The position numbers were made by a program, and so were the translations under genes. Below are positions 1-12,940 of a stretch of 64,000 bases of DNA, in pieces (within the stretch, counting starts at the first letter, position 1; every line of letters starts with the position of its first letter). Origin of the DNA: Octopus sinensis. Taxonomy: Eukaryota. The stretch spans positions 13,020,001 to 13,084,000 of the forward strand of contig NC_043002.1 in NCBI RefSeq assembly GCF_006345805.1, written 5' to 3'. The notes under the pieces are model-generated. The model saw only the letters and a program-made list of their open reading frames with translations, had not been told where the DNA came from and searched no databases.

Positions 1-290
1 GTAATTAGATATATAAATTAAGAAGCAAATTTTCCGTCATTGACTGTGTATTGAAATCGAAATTGTAAAAATCTCTCGTTTCTTAAGAATATTGGAATAT
101 TTACATCTGACGAAACAAACACAAAAAGACGTCAACGAATGAAGAATTAAGGAAATGTTATCCAGGCACGTTGACTAGAAGCTCTCTTTTCAACCCCGTG
201 GTTTTCCGGTTTAGACACACTGTGTAGATCCTTAAGCACAAGTATTTCTGCTATAGCCCGGGGTCGATCAATGCCTTGTCTGCCCTCGAC

Positions 291-507
291 TCTTTTACTC
301 TTTTACCCTTTTACTTGTTTCAGACATTTGACTGTGGCTATGCTGGAGCACCGCCTTTAGTCGAGCAAATCGACCCCAGGACTTATTCTTTGTAAGCCCA
401 GTACTTATTCTATCGCTCACTTTTGCAGAACCGCTACGTTTACGGGGACGTAAACACACCAGCATCCGTTGTCAAGCGATGTTGGGGGCACAAACACAGA
501 CACACAG

Positions 508-586
<79 letters not shown>

Positions 587-636
587 GTATATATATAAAT
601 GTATATATATATAAATATATATATATAATATATATA

Positions 637-685
<49 letters not shown>

Positions 686-886
686 GGTCCCGGGTTGAGT
701 CGGGGTTAACCACAGTAAATAAGGTACTCAATACATAGCAGAGTAAATTAATTTATTTTGTAGAAGGAGCTTCTACAGAACTAGGACTGTTTCATTCAAA
801 AGAAATCATCAGGAAGCTCATGATGATTTCCTGATGATTTCTTTAGAATGAAACAGTCCTAGTTCTGTAGAAGCTCCTTCTACAAA

Positions 887-920
<34 letters not shown>

Positions 921-1096
921 TTAGTGGTTTGTAGTTTAACTACTCTTTCTAGCGAGTCAGATGTCCTGTTATGGCCATCTCTTATGTGTTTAAATGTACA
1001 CTGTATTTTTATATACATATAAACGACGGGCTTCTTTCAGTTTCCGTCTACCAAATCCACTCACAAGGCTTTGGTCGGCCCGAGGCTATAGTAGAA
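291..1096 (-). mobile_element. SINE family B (CORE-like, internal TA/TG microsatellite), interrupted by an insert in its (TA)n
   Basis: Shares segments (gcaccttgggcaagtgtcttc; gacggaaactgaaagaagcccgtcg; ggtgctccagcatggcc) with copies at 15438, 28460, 32842, 38502 and 59305. Confidence 0.75.
751..892. repeat. Long inverted repeat, 65-bp arms, 12-nt loop
   Basis: 751-815 is the reverse complement of 828-892 with one mismatch. Confidence 0.95.
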
Positions 1097-2199
1097 GACA
1101 CTTGCCCAAGGTGCCGACTGTTTTTACTTTTTTGAAATCTTCCAGTAATAAAGAAGTTAGTTTCTAACAAAGATACAATGGTGCATCGTTGGAATGTACA
1201 TAGCAAAAACAGATTCATATTTTAAACTCGAGAGTCGTGCATATTTTCACTGTTGCGCTGACAGATTTTATGTGTTATGTACATGTTAGCTAATTGATTT
1301 CTTTATCTGAAAACCCTAATTTATCCAGTTTGTTTCTTAGGCATTTATTTACAAAACGATGTGCACTAATTATTATTAGCCTAAATGTGAATTTATAACC
1401 TGGATGTAGAAGCTGAAGGTGTCAAAGCTTTTGTCCAGAATTATCTTCTTTATGCACGTATGTTTGTGTATGTATCACTGTCCTGGAATATAGGCACTTA
1501 TTGGAATCAAGCACGAAGAGAATAATCCCCCAAAGGAAACATGCTACAAAGCATAACTCACAGAAAATGTTTGCCTGGATTTTCCTGGAAAGTTTTTGTA
1601 ATATAATCAGTGGGTTCCATGTGTCAGCTCTTCGAGCGACTGAACAAGTGAACATATTGTAAATACGCAACTGTTGACAGTGTAAACCGTGCCAAAACCC
1701 TGAGTGCTGTAATTAGGGTACATCGTTAAGGTTTTCTATCATCTATTATATATTAGAGTGTCCAGTTCGAAATTCTTTAAAGGAATGTCAGTTGTTATCG
1801 GCAGATCAAAATTAATTTGCCGCTTTTTATTTAAGAAATGGTTAGGATGATAGAATGGTTAACAATGAGGAATTTTTCTTTGAGACCGAAGTAGTAACAT
1901 CTAGAACCGCTTCTAAATACATGAATCCCTATTACATTTGACGCTTTCTGTGGTTTCAAAATGTGGTTTTATCGGGATGGTGGCGAGTACAAAGAGAGAG
2001 ATATGTTGTGCTGGTGCAAATTTCTGTATAGCATATTGGTGCCAAAGAAATTTGCGTATACAGTGACCACAACTACAATAAAGGCATTTCCCCCGCAAAC
2101 TCATTACCTTTAATATTCTTCCCTACATTTTATCTCTTTTTTTTTTTTTTGCTGTAGTTTCAGCTCATAGCTGTGGCCATGCTGATGCATCGCCGTTAG

Positions 2200-2505
2200 A
2201 TGAGATTTCACCTACAAAGTTACTCTCCCTCCAGGGCACAAGTCCGAGCAACGTTGTTTATGGAAGACCAGCAGTCGCCCATGCATACCGGCCTCCCCTC
2301 TCCACGCCACCAATGTTATCCAAGGGAAAGGCGAAGGCCGATGCAGCTTGGCACCTGTGATGTCGCAACTCATTTCTACAGCTGAGAGAACTGGACCAGC
2401 GTGAAATATAGTGTCTTGCTCAAGAACACAACACGCAACCCGGTCTGGGATTCGAACTCACAACCTCACGATCGTAAGCTCGACGCTCTAACCCCCGAGC
2501 AATGC
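2200..2505 (-). mobile_element. SINE family D
   Basis: Homologous to 45650-45935 (-) and 53070-53410 (+); tRNA-like B-box (gagttcgaatccc) and CORE-like tgtgttcttgagcaagacac. Confidence 0.7.
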
Positions 2506-2875
2506 ACATTATGTACTTTTTCGTTGTTGTTTTTTTTATTTTTCTATTTTATTTTTCATCTTACACTTTTGTTTCTTATGAAAATTTACTTTAAAACTTA
2601 CGGTAAAAAAAATTATGACTAATTATTTTGTTCTATTTTATTCTAATTCATTATTGATTCTACTGTAATTAACTTTTAATCACATTTATCTACTTTATTT
2701 TTATTTTTATTATGTTTTTGTTCTGTTCTGTATGTTCCAAATATGTTCTACTATATGTAAAGCGTAGAAGCTTACCAAATACATCAAGTGTTTGGTCATT
2801 TTATTGGGAAAACCTCTCTTAACGCTCCTGTGGTGCGGTTGGGTATCTCATATCTCAGTTGATGTTTGTATATAT

Positions 2876-3097
2876 ATTTCTTTACTGCCCATAAGGGGCT
2901 AAACATAGAGGGGACAAACAAGGACAGACAAAAGGATTAAGTCAACCCCAGTGCGAAACTGGTACTTAATTTATCGACCCTGAAAGGATGAAAGGCAAAG
3001 TCGACTGCGGCGGAATTTGAACTCAGAACGTAACGACAGACGAAATACCGCCAAGCATTTCGCCCGGCGCGCTAACGTTTCTGCCAGCTCGCCGCCT
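2876..3097 (-). mobile_element. SINE family A (tRNA head) with 17-bp TSD
   Basis: A-box tggcagaaacgttag, B-box gagttcaaattcc; ttgatgtttgtatatat repeated at 2859-2875 and 3098-3114. Confidence 0.9.
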
Positions 3098-3283
3098 TTG
3101 ATGTTTGTATATATGTATCTTACATCTGGCAGCAGTGACAATACTATCCATCCATGTAATTCCTCGGCACACTCCACTCAGTTAATGCACAACTCTTATT
3201 CACTTACTTGCTGAGTGATAAGAAGTGTACACACGTGTTATTTGTGTCTGGGGTTGCGCATGCCCCACCATACACACATTAAT

Positions 3284-3404
3284 TATAATGTGGTATAATA
3301 ATAATTATACCACATTATAAAAATTATAATGTGGTATAAATATTATACCACATTTTCATGTGGTATAATAAAAATGTAAAATAATACATATTTATTATAC
3401 CACA
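3284..3404. repeat. Array of six alternately oriented ATGTGGTATAA units
   Basis: Forward at about 3288, 3329 and 3358; reverse at about 3305, 3343 and 3395. Confidence 0.85.
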
Positions 3405-3499
3405 CCATAATAAAAATGTATTTATTAACAACTACATTTTTATTTCCTTTTCTTTATTATTGTTTATTTACTTGTTTATTTTTGTATTTGAAAGGTTGA

Positions 3500-3995
3500 T
3501 TATTTCTCGCATAAGACTATATATTATTGATCCTTTAGAAGAAACAGATGAAGCTATTGATGAAGATGAACATCAAGCTACCAGGAATACCGAAAAGCAG
3601 TTTATAGGCAAAATTATTAAACACTCTGGAAAGAGGACCCCCATGTTTTCCACGACGTACACCTTCTCACAACACATACCAGGATTTACCAGGACCTAGA
3701 GGAGTAGCAAAATATGTGTATGCTGCAAATGACTGCTGGTCTTTGCTTCTCACACAAGAACATCTGAATAAATTTGTAGCTTGCACTAATATCGACATCG
3801 GCAGTAAACATGAAAGATATAAAGATCAATCAAAAGCGAGACATACTAATGAAGGGAGATGAAAGCTGCAATAAGACTGCTTTATTTGTTAGGAGTTTTT
3901 AGAGGCAACGGAATGAGTATGGAAGATGTTTGGGCTTCCGATGGTAGAGAAATTGAAAATTTTCCGGTAACTATGTCTTTGCAGCGATTTCGTTA
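3500..3995 (+). mobile_element. piggyBac-type transposase fragment, frameshifted
   Basis: PGPRGVAKYVYAANDCWSLLLTQEHLNKFVACTN and EMKAAIRLLYLLGVFRGNGMSMEDVWASDG...FPVTMSLQRFR match the N-terminal part of the piggyBac DDE domain as I know it. Confidence 0.75.
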
Positions 3996-6900
3996 GGTTA
4001 CGAGCAATGTTTTCTTGCAGTGAATTCGGAGGCGGTGCTTTCTCAAAAAATTAACCTTAATAAGACAGATCCCTCCCCTAATATCAACGTCCAAGCTCGT
4101 CATGCCTCGGTGACAACAGAGTAAAATACAAATCGAAAACCTGTCACCCGGAACATGAAGGACCGCGTACGTGAACGATGAACTAGATTTGATTCAAACT
4201 TTCAGCTACTGGTCCACATCTTCCCGAAACACAGGAGCTGGAAGTACCCCATAACCAAAATATTCCAACAGATGGCCATCCATTCTCGTCATCAAATAAC
4301 CAAAAGAAAAAGAATGACAAATAGTCAAGGGGAGATAATAAAGAAAGTCTCAAGGCCTTCTATCCTGCCAGTTATCTCCCCACAAATAAATCTAACGCTG
4401 AACAAACCTGCTTAAACTGGAGACAGAAGCACCTTGAAGTAAGACCCTACATAGACAGTAATAAATTTGCCAACGTCAGAAGAAACATTATAGAAAAGAA
4501 ATTAGTAACTGAATAATCAGTAAAGGATAAAAGGAACGAAGTTTCAGCCAAAGAAGATACTGCAGTAGAAATAATTATAGACCAACCGAGGCCTGATGAA
4601 AATGCAATAATGATTAAAAGGGATAATGCAACTGATAAGCAAAGTGAAATACTCTTTGAATCAAACATAAACAATAAAAATTTGCAATTCTAACCAAAAC
4701 CTGAAAGTAATTGGTAAAATCCGCCTTGCACTTAAAGATATAATTTCAGCTAATGACGTTTACATTTCAGATCTCAATCAACTGTATTATGCATCCGCGA
4801 AAATCTCAATGATTCTATGTGGTGAAAAGATTAAAAAACGATAACATTCCCACAAAAAGCCTACTTGACAAGAGCATAGTCAACGTCAATTTCGGCTATT
4901 TAGGTCTTACATAGAATGCTTAAAAATACTTAAGTTTGACAAGACGATCAAGCCAACAAAATCCGAACATTAAAGAAAAAATATATGAAAACCATATTTG
5001 ACATCGATGAAACCTTTATCAAAAGGTATATGCTAAAACTGCCCGCATAGCAAAGTATGAGAAGCGCGTTAGATTCTTTAAGGACAACAACACGCTCGAG
5101 AATACCGCCCAAAATTTTTACAGGAAAATAGGGAAAATACCAGTCACGGTAAAATCTGTCCCATCAAAAGAAGAAGTGCAGGATTATGGAATAAAACACA
5201 CAATGAAAAGGCCCCTTCGATTAATAGAATATCTACAGACATGGATTCCTTAGAAGGGCAAAAGTGGGAGGTGTTAAGGCAGAAGATGTAAGATCTGCTC
5301 TCAGGAAGTCAAGCAAATGCAAGTCCCCGGGGAAGGATTAAATTCTTAGCTTCTGGTTGAATGCCTTCCCAGAGAGCCATGAACTGCTAACAAAACTTTA
5401 CAACAATGCTTTGCAACAACCTAGTATGATTCCCACTTATCTACCAAAAAACAAATGAAGAAACAAATGAACCAATAAATTATAGACCAATAACCTGCTT
5501 AACAACAATGTATAAAACACTAACACGTGTCTTAACTCAAGATACCTATAGTTTTTTTAATAGAAAGTTGCATATTCCCTAATGAGCAAAAAGGATGTAA
5601 CGTGTGTCCTATGGTTGTACAGATCAGCTTCTCATCAATAAGATTGTTACAAACGACACAAAAACTTGTCAATAGCCTGGATAGACTATAAAAAGTTATT
5701 GATAGTCTAACACAGCTGGATCAATAAATGTCTGGAAACGTATAAAATAGCACCTTCTCTGTGAAACTTCTTGTCTGTAAGTATGAGATCTTGGAGAACC
5801 ACACTGACTTTGAACAATGACAATGAATCTCTTAATGCTGCAGATGTAAGAATTTCTTTTGGCATTTTCCAGGGGGACTCACTATCACCACTCCTCTTTT
5901 GTTTAGCCTTAATACCTCTCTCAAAATTGCTCAATGACGCGCAGTACGGATATAAAATGATTGATAAAAATATAAATCATCTCATTTACATGGATGATTT
6001 AAAGCTCTTTGCAAAAAATGACCAACGACTCAAGGGCTTACTAGCGATTGTTAAACAATTAGTGATGACATCAGAATGCAATTTGGCCTCGATAAATGTG
6101 CAAAAGCTACTTTTATCAAAGGAAAAATGACAGAAACATCTAACATTAACCTTGACCAGCAGAATGTCATAAAGGAGTTAGAACCAGCGGAGCGCTATAA
6201 ATATCTAGTGGTATTTTGAGGTGATGGAATCAAATATTCAATGATGAATGAAAGGATCAGAAGAGAATGTTATCGCAGGATAGGAGCAATACTTAAGACA
6301 GAGCTGATGCAAGAAACAGGATCGAAGCGATCAATGTTTTGGCTATACCAGTCGTGATTTACAGTTTCAATATCATTAACTGGTCAATTATTGAAATATG
6401 TAATCGTGACAAAAAAATACGAAAATTGTTGACAACGCATAGAATGCACCACCCTAAGGTAGATATAGAACGACTTTATCTGCGAAAAAGAATGTGGCCG
6501 TGGACTTTTACAACTGGAATTAACAATGAAGATTGTCACAATTGGCCTAGACACCTACCTGAAAAAATCTGAGGACTGGATGTTATTATACTCAGTAATA
6601 AAACAGGGAAGGGAATATCTAAGTAAATTCCAAATACAACAAATTCTGGAATTAGACATACAAGAAACAAGCACAGAAAAAGCTAAGCGCATGAAAACCC
6701 GCGCTAAAACTGCTGCCTTAGATATTCTGAATGATAAATGGCAAGAAAAACCTCTCAATGGCAAATACCCAAAGAGTGCTAATAATACCGATGTTGATAA
6801 AACCATTACCCGTCAATGATTAGTGTCTTCTGGCTTAAAATCAGAAACACAAGGGTTTATCTTAACAGCTCAAGATCAATGCCTACGTACAAGAAACTAC

Positions 6901-7680
6901 CAGGCCAACATATTAAAGAACGGTAGTACCCCAACATGTGTATGTCAACAACAAAACGAAACCATTGATCATGTTGTCTCCATGTGCAGTCTTCTTGCGA
7001 CTAGGGAGTGTCTCAACGGGCATGATAGAGCAGCACAATATATTCACTGGGTAATTTGCAAAAACGTGGACCTGCCCCATGATAAAAACTGGTGGGAACA
7101 CAAACCACCTCCAGTGCTTGAAAATGATCAGGCCTCATTCCTCTGGAACTTCACCATTCAAACTGACAGAAAGATAGATGCAAATAGGCCAGAAATTACA
7201 TTGAAAAACTTCAGACAAAAATCATGCCTCTTTGATATGACTGTCCCAATCGACATAAATGTATCTGTCAAGAAATTGGTAAAATATGGAACCTCAAGAC
7301 TAAATCAATACCCGTTGTCACAGGTGACCTAGGAATGATGGCAAAAGAGGCTAACTGCTCCTTACCTCAGATACCAGGAAACCTCAAAATAGAAGAAATC
7401 CAAAAGATAGTGCTCATGAGAACTGCCCATATCTTATGTAAAATACTGTCTCTGTAATCTCAAATTTTAAAACAAACATTGTTTTCTTACGATTTCTTAA
7501 ACATTCTCTAGAACAACACTATGTACAAAACCAAATATATGGCACCCTATGCATAACACAAACATGAACTTCTAACTTGTTGTCTCTTGGGGTCTTTGGG
7601 TGAGACTTGGAGCCAACTTGTACGAATAGTCAAACAAATAATAATAATAATGATGATGATGATGATGATGATAGTAATAA
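3996..7680 (+). mobile_element. Long degenerate R4/Dong-like non-LTR retrotransposon (RT plus restriction-like endonuclease)
   Basis: GIFQGDSLSPLLFCLAL and YMDDLKLF (RT); CVCQQQNETIDHVVSMC zinc knuckle; DANRPEITL endonuclease region; many stops and frameshifts; 3' UTR then (TAA)n/(TGA)n tail. 5' boundary approximate. Confidence 0.85.
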
Positions 7681-7689
7681 TATTAATAA

Positions 7690-7890
7690 TCCTATCTACC
7701 AAAGGCACCAGGCCTGAAATTGGTGGGAGGGCTCTAGTCGATGTCATCGACCCCAGTGCTTCACTGATACTTAATTTATCGACCTCGAAAGCATGGAAAG
7801 CAAAGTAGACCTCGGCGGAATTTGAACTCAGGTTGTGCAGACGGACGAAATGCCGCTAAACATTTTGTCCAGCGTGCTAACGTTTCTACC
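7690..7890 (-). mobile_element. SINE family A, variant-tail type
   Basis: Family A body plus the alternative tail (aatttcaggcctggtgcc), also seen at 37010 and 57430. Confidence 0.7.
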
Positions 7891-7902
7891 AGCTCATTGC
7901 TT

Positions 7903-7935
<33 letters not shown>

Positions 7936-7969
7936 TTAATAATATTAATAATAATAATAATAATAAGCA

Positions 7970-8632
7970 GGTATTGGAAAGAAATGCAAGTAATTGCAGA
8001 ATATATGATGATGGACAAGAAATAACATATCATATTGTCTCTGGCTGCCCAATCCTGGCTAAGAAGGAATATATTCACAGACACGATACCATTTGGACCT
8101 ATATAGACTGGAAGCTATGCCAAGACTATGGAATAACAACAGTAAAAATGGTATAGGCACACCCCAGAAAAAGAGAAAGCTACGAAACTCTGGGATGTGC
8201 CAATACACACAGATAGAGAAATTAAGGCCAATAGGCCGGATATAGTTATCAGAATTCACCAAGAAACAATATGCTTTCTAATCGGTGTATCAATACCAAC
8301 ACATGACGGAAACGGAGAAACTTTCAAAATACAAAGATCTGGAAATTGAGTTAACTCGAATGTGGAACCTAAAATCGGGAACAATTCCTATTATAGTAGG
8401 CACATTAATGTATGATTAAAAAAACAAACAGACAAATATATAACAAAGACATCAGGACTTACAAATATCTATAACATACAGAAAATAATCCTACTAGACA
8501 CTACACACATCATAATTAAAACACTTTCAATACACTGAAAATAAGAACACCACAACAAACCACAACATGTACCCAAGTCCCATAAAGCTGCGCTCAGTAG
8601 TGAAGTGAAAGCACGCTATAAAAATACAACTA

Positions 8633-8670
<38 letters not shown>
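7970..8670 (+). mobile_element. 5'-truncated R4/Dong-like element (second family) between (TAA)n tracts
   Basis: CRIYDDGQEITYHIVSGC knuckle, NRPDIVI motif; 3' end gtagtgaagtgaaagcacgctataaaaat...ctactgaa(taa)n shared with 16690-16890. Confidence 0.8.
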
Positions 8671-8675
<5 letters not shown>

Positions 8676-8676
8676 T

Positions 8677-8721
8677 TTTACCCCGGTGTCTTTTGATGGC
8701 ATACACTGCTCTCTTTCTCAT

Positions 8722-8764
<43 letters not shown>

Positions 8765-8961
8765 GACATAATTTTCTTATGGTTTCTTAAACATTCACTA
8801 GTACAACACTTTATACAAAACCAAATACATGGCACCCTAGGCATAACACCATGAACTTCTAACTTGTTGTCTCTTGAGGTCTCTGGATGAGACTTGGAGC
8901 CAACTTGTACAAATGTAAAGCAAAAGTCAAACATAGAATGATAATAATAATAATAATAATA

Positions 8962-9001
<40 letters not shown>

Positions 9002-9030
9002 TATTATTATTATTATTATAATAATAATAG
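8677..9030 (+). mobile_element. Two further short 3' ends (family E end; 3' UTR of the first Dong-like family), each followed by (TAA)n
   Basis: 8677-8725 matches the end of family E; 8767-8945 matches 7470-7650. Confidence 0.75.
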
Positions 9031-9060
9031 TAAGGGATAAATGGGAGGACGAATACTCAC

Positions 9061-9331
9061 TAATTTTCATGAGATCTTTGCAACTATGCCAGTCATATTC
9101 AAACGGTGCCACTGTACAAAGAGCGATACTGCCGCCAGCGACGTATCCAGGGCCGCAGTAGAATGACCCCGAATAGTTGCCTTCGATGCACCAATGATTC
9201 AAACTACAATTACGTGGGTCTCTGATCCACATGGTCCCTTTTGGCGGACAAGAAAACGTTTCGCTTGTCACATACACCGTTGCTGCCAAAACCAGAACAC
9301 ATATCGCAGAAAGGTAACTTTTAGAGAACAT
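9061..9331 (-). CDS. Gene A exon 1: signal peptide plus one chitin-binding type-2 (peritrophin-A/CBM14) domain; downstream exons not found in window
   Basis: ATG at 9331. Hydrophobic N-terminus MFSKSYLSAICVLVLAATVYVTS. Cys spacing C-x13-C-x5-C-x10-C-x12-C-x11-C (CPPKGTMWIRDPRNCSLNHWCIEGNYSGSFYCGPGYVAGGSIALCTVAPFEYDWHSC). Donor A|GTGAGT at 9060 (90 codons + 1 nt, phase 1). The poly-Ile tail in the ORF track is intronic (TAA)n. Confidence 0.85.
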
Positions 9332-9471
9332 GATATCCTTTTAGCAAATAAACGAGAAGGATCCTGGCTGGGGTGGCTTTAGTAATAAAACAGGCGGGTG
9401 GCAGGAACCGAATGCGATTGTCCCGAGTCACCAGCTGAAAGTACCAGACCTCTATCAGCCACCACTCATCC

Positions 9472-9478
9472 TTATATA
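9472..9478 (-). promoter_or_regulatory. Candidate TATA box of gene A
   Basis: TATATAAG on the minus strand about 140 nt upstream of the ATG, at the edge of the non-repetitive GC-richer 5' region. Confidence 0.4.
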
Positions 9479-9588
9479 TCTGTGTACATATCATGTAGGA
9501 TGTAAGTTGTTTCTGTAAGTTTCGTTGTTTATTTAACTCGGACAGATGTAGAGGTTTAAGCGGTATATATACATATACATACATATAC

Positions 9589-9649
<61 letters not shown>

Positions 9650-9827
9650 ATATACATACATACATATATATATATGTATATATATATATACATATATATA
9701 TATATGCATATGTACACAGACATCCTTACACACATTTGCTGTTAAATATTTTTATATGTGTGTATGTATATTTGGAAGTGTTAGCAGCTGTGTGCATATG
9801 TGCTTGTATGTGCTTGTGTATGCGTAT

Positions 9828-9859
<32 letters not shown>

Positions 9860-10240
9860 AAGAGAGGTAGATAGAGATAGAGAGAGAGAGATGAATGAGT
9901 AAAGCAAGCAAGAACATAGCAGTATGGCTAAGAGCTTGGTGTCTGAGTGTGAAACACTGATTCGTTCTGAGGATATATGTACACACGCACATGTATATAT
10001 ATATATACACACAAGCATACATACATTCATACATACACATACATAAATACATACATACATGCTTACATACATACAAATATACATACATACATACACGCAT
10101 ACATATGTGTGTATATATAAAATCGTAAATGACTGTAAATATATGTTTTTTTAGGGCTCGAGTAATGCTTAATGAAAATAAAAACAAGAACAAGAGACAG
10201 GTTGATCTAGGTTTAATGAGAGTCAAAGAGGAGAGGGTGG

Positions 10241-10250
10241 CCATATATGG
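10241..10250. promoter_or_regulatory. Perfect palindromic CArG box (CCATATATGG)
   Basis: Matches CC(A/T)6GG, in a unique island about 0.9 kb upstream of gene A; a single 10-mer could arise by chance. Confidence 0.2.
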
Positions 10251-10427
10251 GCAACGTCTGTTGTGTCACCATTCGGTGGAGAATGTAATGTAAATTAATT
10301 GGGCAAAATTACAAGAGATGTAGGTAAATAAATTGGCTCAGTTTCTTGTCTCACAAACTGACGAATCATCGCTATGTTTGAAGGACACACAGGAAACATG
10401 CATACACATACATACATACATACACAC

Positions 10428-10469
<42 letters not shown>

Positions 10470-10583
10470 TATATATATATTATATATATATATACATATA
10501 TACACATATATATACATATATATACATATATATATATACATACATACAAACACACACACACATATATACATATATGCATATTT

Positions 10584-10659
<76 letters not shown>

Positions 10660-11013
10660 GCATATAGCTGCATGCATGAGTAAATTCATATTTGCTAAGC
10701 TAAAACACACATGCACACACATACACACACATATATATACATACATATATATGTATATCGTACATGTATATTCAGATACATACATACATATATAATATAT
10801 ATATATACATATGTACATATATATATATACTTATATATATATATATATATATGTTCACACACATATTTCATTTGAATGCGTGCAAGTACACACCTATGCT
10901 TGTGTATGAGTGAATATGTCTCTGTTTGTCTATCGTTCCATATATGTAGTTTAAAATTTGATCGGTAAATTCATAAGAACATACGTTTTCTATATTCATG
11001 GGTATGTTATGCC

Positions 11014-11049
<36 letters not shown>

Positions 11050-11749
11050 GTAGAAGAGTGAGAGAGTGAGTTGAAGAAAGATGCGGACAGCCTCACAGAA
11101 AGATCCCATGAGGGAAGTGGAAGATGCCGTGTAAGCGTGTGCCGTCGCTTGATTTTGGCATGACGGTATAATATTAGATTTACAGGGAAGTGCTATGCTC
11201 CAAATTTTGTTAACACGGTGTTAATGAGCTGCCAGCTGCAAACATCGTTGACAATGTTTGAGAGTCAAGCGGCTCCCCGTTTTGAGAACTGTTGCCCATC
11301 TCCCACGCTATATATTCGACTGAAGTATTTAGGATGGGAAAATATGAGATCAGCTGGTTTAATGACTAAGCCATTTTAAAAAATATTTGTAAACAACCTA
11401 CCTCGGTCAACGCAAGATTAAGTCGCTTGATCAGCGAGAACTAGTAAACAAATTTGCCTTAAACCATACCTTACTGTCTTTGAATAAATGGCCAGTAGAT
11501 ATTGCATGGTGTGTTGCTGGAAATATGGAAATACTTGATAGAAAATAATAATGGATGGTCATAGCTGGATTGCCTCTGAAAATAAATCTACTTTATCAGG
11601 CTTAACTTATTAAGTAGATTTAAACTTTCGTCTTAGATTAATGTTCTCTAAAAAATAAAGAACGAAAATCTTGAGAGAATTGTTTGCTGCTTTCTTTTTC
11701 AGATTTTAAAAACGAGGTGCGCAGCATAAATTGGATTATGTAAACCGTG

Positions 11750-12868
11750 ACACGAATTTCATCTCCATATTACCAGTTATCAATCGGGAAAATTTCTGTG
11801 ATTCCATATCTAAGCAGTGAAACCGCCCAGTTATTGACAGCTTCAATCTTATTCCGTCCGTTTAATTTCGACTTAAGAATCAGTCTCCGTCTGCCGATGT
11901 ACTCCACCTCAAATCTTTCTGTCATTTATTTCTCCATCAATTTATCCATTTCCAATATCACCAAGTACTTATATTCCGTCTCTTCTATCTGCTTCATAAC
12001 CTCGCCCGACGGTATCGCTAGTCCAACCATACATTTGATTTTATTTCTCTTCCGGACTAACACACCACAGAGTTCAAACTCTATTCTGATATCAGCACAG
12101 AAAGTATACACTGTATCAACGAGAGAACTGACTTAGGATTCACCTTTACCATAAAGTTTGAGGTCATCCATCAATAACAAGTGATTGACATTTTGTTGGC
12201 GTCTTTTGAATACATACTCAGCCGTTGCTTTCCTCAAAATCAGAGTTAGTGGTATCATTGCACCGTACAAAGATCAGTGGGGAAGAGAGCCTCTCCTGAT
12301 TTCTATTGTCCCTAAACTTTTTCCATATGCTTTGAGTTACATCCTCCACTTCGCCATACTTTTTCCAAGCAATCGCTCAAAATTCAATACAATACTAAAT
12401 AGGCTCATAGATTCCATAATCCAAGAATGTGAGATCTTATCGTACGCCTTATGATAATCGATCCATGACATGGTTAAATTAGTTTTCTTCCTCTTGCAGT
12501 CTTTAAGTTCAGTTTTGTCTATCAGGTGTCGATCCTTGGTACGCCTGCATTTACATTTGCAACCCTTCCGCTCATATGGTAGGACTCTATTTTTTTTCCA
12601 GAAATCCGTACATTGACTCTGCAACTATTCCAGTCAATAATTGCCACATAAGTGACAATCAGGATATCGGCCTGTAATTGTCGACCGTATTGCTTTTTCC
12701 GATGTTTTTCAAGCACAACACTGCCCTACTAATTGCCAATCACTCTGGTGTTACTTGGTCGGAATTTAACAAGGTGCTGAGTTGCGCAACTATTCCTGCA
12801 TGGCATTCACCAAATATTTTGATCCAGTAGCCTTGAATTCCATCTAGACTAGAGGCTTTCTAGTTGCC

Positions 12869-12870
<2 letters not shown>
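11750..12870 (-). mobile_element. R4/Dong-like RT fragment, degenerate
   Basis: [30 protein letters not shown] and YKYLVILE on the minus strand, with stops. Confidence 0.75.
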
Positions 12871-12922
<52 letters not shown>

Positions 12923-12940
12923 CATTATTATTATTATTAT

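Noticed and set aside
1422-2104. Cys-containing minus-strand ORFs (1422-1670, 1913-2104) as gene A exon 2
   Set aside because: Cys spacing does not fit CBM14 and there is no phase-1 acceptor with a pyrimidine tract
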